Shown here one piece after another: positions 57,448 through 64,000 of a stretch of DNA of 64,000 bases. A program made the translations under genes and the position numbers. Source of the DNA: Nemertoderma westbladi (taxonomy: Eukaryota; Animalia; Xenacoelomorpha). Under the pieces are notes generated by a model that saw nothing but the letters and a program-made list of their open reading frames with translations, was not told where the DNA came from and made no database searches. Position 1 is the first letter of the stretch. The number at the start of each line of letters is the position of its first letter. Location of the stretch: NCBI GenBank assembly GCA_032718475.1, contig JAUCBJ010000577.1, positions 1-64,000 of the forward strand, written 5' to 3'.

Positions 57448-60400
57448 TACTACTACTACTACTAGGTCGAGTGAACTCGGACAGTGGAAATGAGATCCTT
57501 CCAGACTTCCCGATTCTCCATAGTTGTCGCAATTTCGTTTCTCCTAAGTTCAGTATCCCTTTCAAGTTGATCTATATATGTTATGGCAGGTCGTCCACGA
57601 CTACGCTTTCCATGAGTTGGTTGCCAGAAAAGTAGATCTGGTATGATCTCGTCTTTACTTCGCCAGCAGTGCCCACTGAATCTAAATCTGCGTTCACGGA
57701 GGGTGGTTGATACAGGTGGTATTGTACCATAAAGCTCGGCGTTTGTCATGTGTTGTCTCCAGCTGATGTTTAGGGCTGCCCTTAATAGTCTTGTGTAGCA
57801 ACCATCAATTTGTTGTTCAAGTGATTTAGTCAGTATCCAGGTCTCACCCCCGTATAAAAATACACTTTCCACTGTGGCTCGAAAGAACTTAGTCTTTAGG
57901 TGCCTGGGCAGATCTGATTTCCAGATGGTATCCATTTTTGATAGAGCTACCCAAGCCTTTGCTTTCCTAACTTCTATGTCCTTTTTGCTACTCTCTATCC
58001 ATGGAAGTCGTCGACCTTCCCTAGTTGATTATTATCAATGGTTGTCAAGTTTCCATCAACATTAAAGGTTATGAATTCGGCCTTGGTAACATTTATATGC
58101 AATCCAACCTGTTAATGTTTAGGGTAACATATGCAATCCAAACTCCTTAGCAGCCCTCTCCACTTCATTTAGTAGAAGCTGTGCATCTGCTAGCGTATTA
58201 GAGATCAGGGCGATGTCATCCGCAAAGTCGGTGTCTGTGACTGTAGTTGCCGGATATCTACTACTTCTGCGTTCTTGAAGTGTGAATCCCAGGTCTTCAC
58301 CCTTTGTGGCCGTCCTCATTGCGTAATCCAGCACAATTACAAATAGTAATGGTGCTAATGTGTCACTGCACTATGCCAGCGAGGATTGAGAAAAACTCAG
58401 TTTCACCATCTGGTGAGAGTACCTGCGCTTCTGTGTCACAATAAAACAATCCAATGCCAGCAACAATTACTTCTGGTATTCCATAAGCTCTTAGGATTTC
58501 CCGCGTTTTACCTCTATGGATGGAGTCGAATGCCTTCTTGAAGTCCACAACATTCATGACTGCGGGGAGATTCTTTGACTTAATTCCTTCAATCAGTCTC
58601 CGTAGTGCAAGTATCTGAGCTATTGATTGTTGATCTACTTGGTCGAAATCTGTTTTGGCTCTTACGCATTAGTTTCTCTATGTGAGGCCTAATCCTATAT
58701 AGAATCATTTTATTGTATATTTTGGCAGCTACCACAAGCAGACAGATCCCACGATAGTTTGTTGGTATACCGAGGTCTCCTTTCTTGGGGAGAGGCTTTA
58801 GTTGACCTTTAGTCCAAATTGGTGGTGGCTTTTCCCCTTTTAACATCCGGTTGCAAACATTCAATAAGGGTCTGTTTAGCACTCCTGTTTTCCATACCTC
58901 CGCTGGGATTTCATCTAATCCACTTGCTATATTATTGGAAATGCTTTTCCAGGATCTCTTACCAGGATCAGCCCGTGGTATGATACCCTGCCTATAATAT
59001 ACAGGGATGGAGTTACCTTTTATACTGGATTTATACATGATGCACATAATTAATTATATTCCAGGTCACTAATAAATTACATGAAAATGTTGTGTCCTTA
59101 TCCAATGTAGCACAAATTGGTTCACAATAAAAAAACATTAATTCAGCCGAAATACATCAAATAGTGAATCGTTGGTTATCTTTACGATAAGGTTTCGTAG
59201 GTTTAATAATATGGCATCTAAATATTTCAATTAATTAATACAATACCGTTAATAGATTGTTAGTCTACCATGTCAAATATTGATCCCAGGTGTTGAAATA
59301 AATATATAGAACTCATTTAAAATAGAAGCAAACAGCAATATAATAATATGAATTTCGAGTATAATAGTATAAATACAATTAATTTACCTGTTATATTTGT
59401 GCACTGATTAATAGTAAAATAAAATAAACTTACAACCCATGAAACCTTCAGATTTATAAATATGAAAATATTTGTAAGATATGTATCTATAATAATGAAA
59501 TTACTCGGACGCAGTGCCACTTACTCGATAATGTGTCGTACCATCACAAACAACACATACCGAACCGGTATATATACCGATACCCTATACTATACATATA
59601 TAATACCCTATACAAAAGTAAATACCCTCAAAGTATAGTCAGTTAATAACAAGTGATTGGCTACATTACGTTGTAGCCGAAGCTAACTTTGGGGATATCA
59701 CACTGTAGTGTGAAAGAGCCCTAACTTTATATATTTATGTGTAGGGCTGTAGGATAGTAGACCTATACAAACATATCACATATACATACAGTGTTTGGAT
59801 AGGTATGACTATATTCCGTATACATTTATTATTACAATGTATTTATCACGTTTATAATTTTATGTACTATGATATAGCCTATAAAGCAGTTAATATAAAA
59901 AAAATATCAGAAACTATAATATTAAGTATTGAAATCACAGTTTAAATGATACCTGTTTCAAAAAGAAAGTAAATTAAGTACCGGTATACTATTCAATATT
60001 TATTTCAAGGAAAACTAATACTATTTTGCAATAAAGTTTACATATTTTACATGAAAAATAAAAAAATATCCCTTATGACCGCTTGATGGGGTCGTCAGGA
60101 TAAAGTTTTCAATGTGATAAACACGCAATTTTATTTAACAAATTTGCCTTTTACACGTTCCCTTGGTCGCTGTAAACCAGAGTAAAACTACAACACTGTA
60201 GAAATACAACGAACTACCGTTGCCGATTGAGATACAGAAGGATAGCAGGAAGATCTGGTGCGCCTTATTTGGGAACAAATTCATAATATTTGGTGGTAAA
60301 AATCAGCAATTTTTACGAATAAAAGTTACTTTCCCTTGTATCCTTGTAACTCAATTCGTCTGAAAAGACTGCAACATCTGTTATATATTGACTAATTAAA

Positions 60401-62583
60401 GGCAATTTTGAGGAATAAAATATGTTCAATAACTATCAACTTTATAAACTAATAATTTTTGGTATAATATAAAAAAAACTTGCAAAGTAAATAAGAGCAG
60501 TTACATCTACTAACTTATATTCTATGTAACTTCTTCTACAGTACCACTATATATATTGTATAGTATAAGTATAAGTATTAATACCGGTAAATAAGTTAAG
60601 TTTAAGTATAAAACAACCTGTATTCTTTTAACCATTGCTAATTATTGGTGAAGGATAGGATATTATTAATAGAGAAAATGAAAAGTAAGATAAATAATGA
60701 AATAAAATAGATTATCACACTTGTGTACTAATATCTAGTAAATTCATGATGTCAGGATGTGGCCCTGCGATTATTTGTTTAACAATAAATACAAAATACC
60801 AATAAGATACGAACCATAGAAAAATCTAAAATTCGTAAACCGGCCCACTTAGACACGGTATGGATTGGATAGGATTGGATCTTTAGAGTTCGGCAGGTGT
60901 GAAGTCCCCTGTTTCTATAGGTAGTGTCTTGTCATATATTTTCCTTGTAGGGCTGACCTCGATGTTTGGTGGCTGCCCAAGCAAGTTGCTGAAGTGATTT
61001 TTCCACTTCCCAACACGTTCTTCAGGACTATCGGCTTTGAGGCGCCCCTTTGCACAACTTTTCCGACCAGATACCTCATTTACAGTTTGCCAGGTGAGTC
61101 TTGATTGTTGCTGTATGTGAGCAGTTGTAATTGCTTCAATTTTATCCTGTATGTACTTTTCCTGGCTGATTGATGTTGTAGGCCAATTTAAGATCGTCCT
61201 TAGCTTTCTCAACCTTGTTAATGTTTTCGGTTGTTGGTTGTTCGGTTTTAACATTGTAGGCTATCTTAAGATCTTCTCTCTTACAAGTAACCTCAGAGTT
61301 TTGCCATGGCACATACTGTTTTCGTTTGGGTTTCTGGGGATATCCCTCTTAGCTGATTCCTTGTGGGCTGTTATTATATTCTGGTATATTGAATTGGTGG
61401 ATTGGTCTTCATCCATTGACTGAAGTGCTTCAAAGCGGTTTTGTACTTCTACTGTGTAAGCCTCCTTTACTGCATTGTCAGTTCTGAGTTTCTCCCAATC
61501 ATAGTTGATTTGCTTGCTTTTCCTGGGTTTGCCTGCTCTCAAACTGAGTCTGATCTCTGCAGTCACAATTCTGTGGTCTGAACCAATTAGGTTGAACGAG
61601 CTGTATGCCTTGCAGTTGATCAAGCTGTTTCTCCACTTTTGATTTATAAGGATGTAATCCAGTTGTGCTTTGGTTCCATTAGGGTATTGAAAGGTCCATA
61701 GCTTCCCCTTACTCTTTTCGAATATGTTGTTTGTTGGTATCAATTCACATTCTTCCATTAGGTCTAAATGTAAGTAACCATTTCTCTTAGAACTGGTGTT
61801 ATAGGTGTAACCCTTGATGTCTTCTGGGCCAATTTCGGAATGTCCTTTATAAGTCCAGTCAGATCTTCATAAAACTTGACTGTTTGTTCTGGCTCTGATG
61901 CATTGGCCGAGTTTCTTACTGCTGAGCTTGTTACTAACGTCCATCCATTTCCAATGTCATTGTACTTCATGGCAGTGTCTTCATGACAAATCCGATGCTC
62001 TTGGATGCAGATGATGTCGATGTTATATTCCATTGCCAGAGCGACCATGTCACCCTGTTTGCTATGTGCTTTCAGCGTGCGTGCGTCCATTGTAGCAATC
62101 TTTAGTGTCTTTTTACATTTCAACAGGTTGGTTCTTTTTTCTTCTCTGTCTTCTGTTCCAGTAGCCAATTTATAGACACCAGCCTGGTGTACCACTGAGG
62201 GACGCGGTCCTCGTTGACCCGGGCGACGACCGAGCCGGTATTTCTCTTGGAGGGTTCTCGTACTCATATCTTTCAGTTGCGAGAGTAAACCGCTTGTGGT
62301 CGCAACTTCTACAAGCGTCTTCGCAGTAGGTCGCCGTTGGTTGATTACCTTCCGCCGACCTTGTCAGCATGTCTAGCCGTTGGTTGATTACCTTCCGCCT
62401 ATCCATGGCCTACAGCCCTGCTGCCGACTGTAGGGGTCCTTTTGTTACACCCTGAACCAAGTGTGCCTCCTGGGTTAGGTATCCAGTATAGACAGAGCGG
62501 GGCGTGTATCATCTCTATTGCAGATGCGTATCAAGCTTTGCCTTCAATGGTGCCCTAGACGCTATAGCCCTCAATGACTTATT
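57448..62583 (-). mobile_element. Near full-length degraded RTE-clade LINE with ~147-bp target duplication
   Basis: APE (ICIQEHR, QLDYIL, SDH) and RT (DFKKAFDSI, DFADDI); (TAG)n tail; direct repeat 57301-57447 / 62584-62741. Confidence 0.92.
58958..60876. mobile_element. Unclassified AT-rich non-coding insertion in the RTE element
   Basis: Flanked by GGATCT; removing it restores the RTE frame EL*RSWKSISNNIASGLD; ends could alternatively be Helitron-like on - strand. Confidence 0.6.
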
Positions 62584-63856
62584 CAGTTAGATCATTTTAA
62601 GGCAGGGCCCATCTGGTATTGTTCAGCATGGAAATTCGCATTTTGTTCGTTTCTGAAGAGGTTTTACTGTTCTAGAAATGCTGAGTTTTAAATCGTTATT
62701 ATAATAACTGCATTAAATGAAAAAAATAGCATTGTTATTACACATTGCACAAATTGTAAAATACATGTATATCTTATACCAGTTGCCCCACTCAATCAAC
62801 AATTCTTGTGAGGAGAAACGAAAATTAGAAATGATGTCATTTTGTAACATATGATGTCATTTAATACATCCAGATAGGCCTCAATATGAACATAATATTT
62901 TATATATACTGTATGTTCGATTTTGGAGATCCAAAGACTATCTTTTTGCTACCGATTTTGCTAACCTTATATCAGATAAACCCAGAGAGTTTAATATGTT
63001 CCTGAAGCTTAGTCCGATTATCAAATTTTCATTCTCACTCCTTTAGGTCAGATAGCTGCGATAAATAAGCTTGTTTTGTCAGTCGCATGACGTAGATCTA
63101 ATTGCCATGAGTGAGATTTAGCACGACTACATCACCAACCTCTAGCGCTCTAGGTTGTTGACAAAGGCTCCACTTCTCTCACCACTAAGGTTTAATATTG
63201 TTATTGTGTATAGTAGTGGGATTTTATTTCTTGTTCTATTAATAATCATAAACAGAGTTGTTATGTTATCATAAAATAAATACATACCCAATGTATGTAC
63301 TGTATTATACAATACATGCATATACAATATACAATTCATAATTCCCCTACAGGTAAATCCCAATTATTATGGTAGAGGCCAGGGAAACATGACAACTGCA
63401 TGTGATTGGATGCGTGTCAGGAGATTAATAAATTATTCATTATTTCACTACCAATACCTAAGATTTATACCATTACAACTACGCGTTTAAATTTTATGTT
63501 TTAAAATTCAATACAATTAATTGTCATTGTAAATTTCAATAATTTATCATGCATAATTACTCAATATTTCTGCTTTGTGCTTTTATAAAAAGGTATTAAA
63601 TAATAATAATATTAACCTATTCCATTTTCTGTGTACTGCTTAAAATAGTGTAGACAATTAATAGCAGGGTTGCCATCCTAGACATTCTACTACTTTTATA
63701 TCAACAAAGTATACATTTTTTGATTTTTATGTGGCAATTTATGCTTAAATTTATGTTTCCTCGAAGCTAGATTTTTTATTGATTTCTGATAATCAATGAT
63801 TATAGTGGAGGAAAGATTTCAGTGAAACTTAATCTCGAGAGAGGCAATAAATGGCA

Positions 63857-64000
63857 AGTCGCCAAGCCGTAATCTACCTCCTCTGTACTAACATCGCGTA
63901 CTGGATTCAAAGTATATTCGAGGTCCAAGCGCCAGACTCTTCGCCTGTTCAAGAAGCGTTCTACACAACAAGGTCGTGGGAGATTATCACGCACATCTGC
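63857..64000 (+). pseudogene. Partial near-identical duplicate of the otopetrin 3' region, running off the window
   Basis: Matches ~56252-56395 with few substitutions; upstream sequence unrelated. Confidence 0.8.

Noticed and set aside
62400-62583. HDV-like ribozyme at the RTE 5' end
   Set aside because: A hairpin is present but the nested double pseudoknot could not be built by eye

Overview
AT-rich eukaryotic (probably invertebrate) DNA dominated by nested transposable elements. It holds two BEL/Pao LTR retrotransposons (1-7171 on +; 32992-44474 on -), an apparently intact Gypsy element (25274-30543), degraded CR1/L2, RTE and Penelope-like retroelements, several MITE/foldback/Helentron-like elements, and three large tandem arrays (17, 43 and 70 bp units). 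Host genes: an intronless RPL35A ORF, the last five exons of a single-pass membrane protein, and an intronless otopetrin-like gene with a partial duplicate. The strongest candidate for a new system is the second BEL/Pao element. It has lost RT, RNase H and most of integrase but keeps gag-protease, a stop/start-coupled upstream ORF, and an 866-aa accessory ORF in the env position (DEDDy-type 3'-5' exonuclease-like domain plus a zinc-knuckle module shared with the first BEL element). Its long LTRs carry an array of covarying hairpins with cUUCGg loops and K-turn-like motifs, and a second loop-E-like hairpin recurs in the LTRs, gag and the accessory gene. The Gypsy integrase ends in a PWWP-like domain. 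All calls were made by eye; no searches or folding programs were run.
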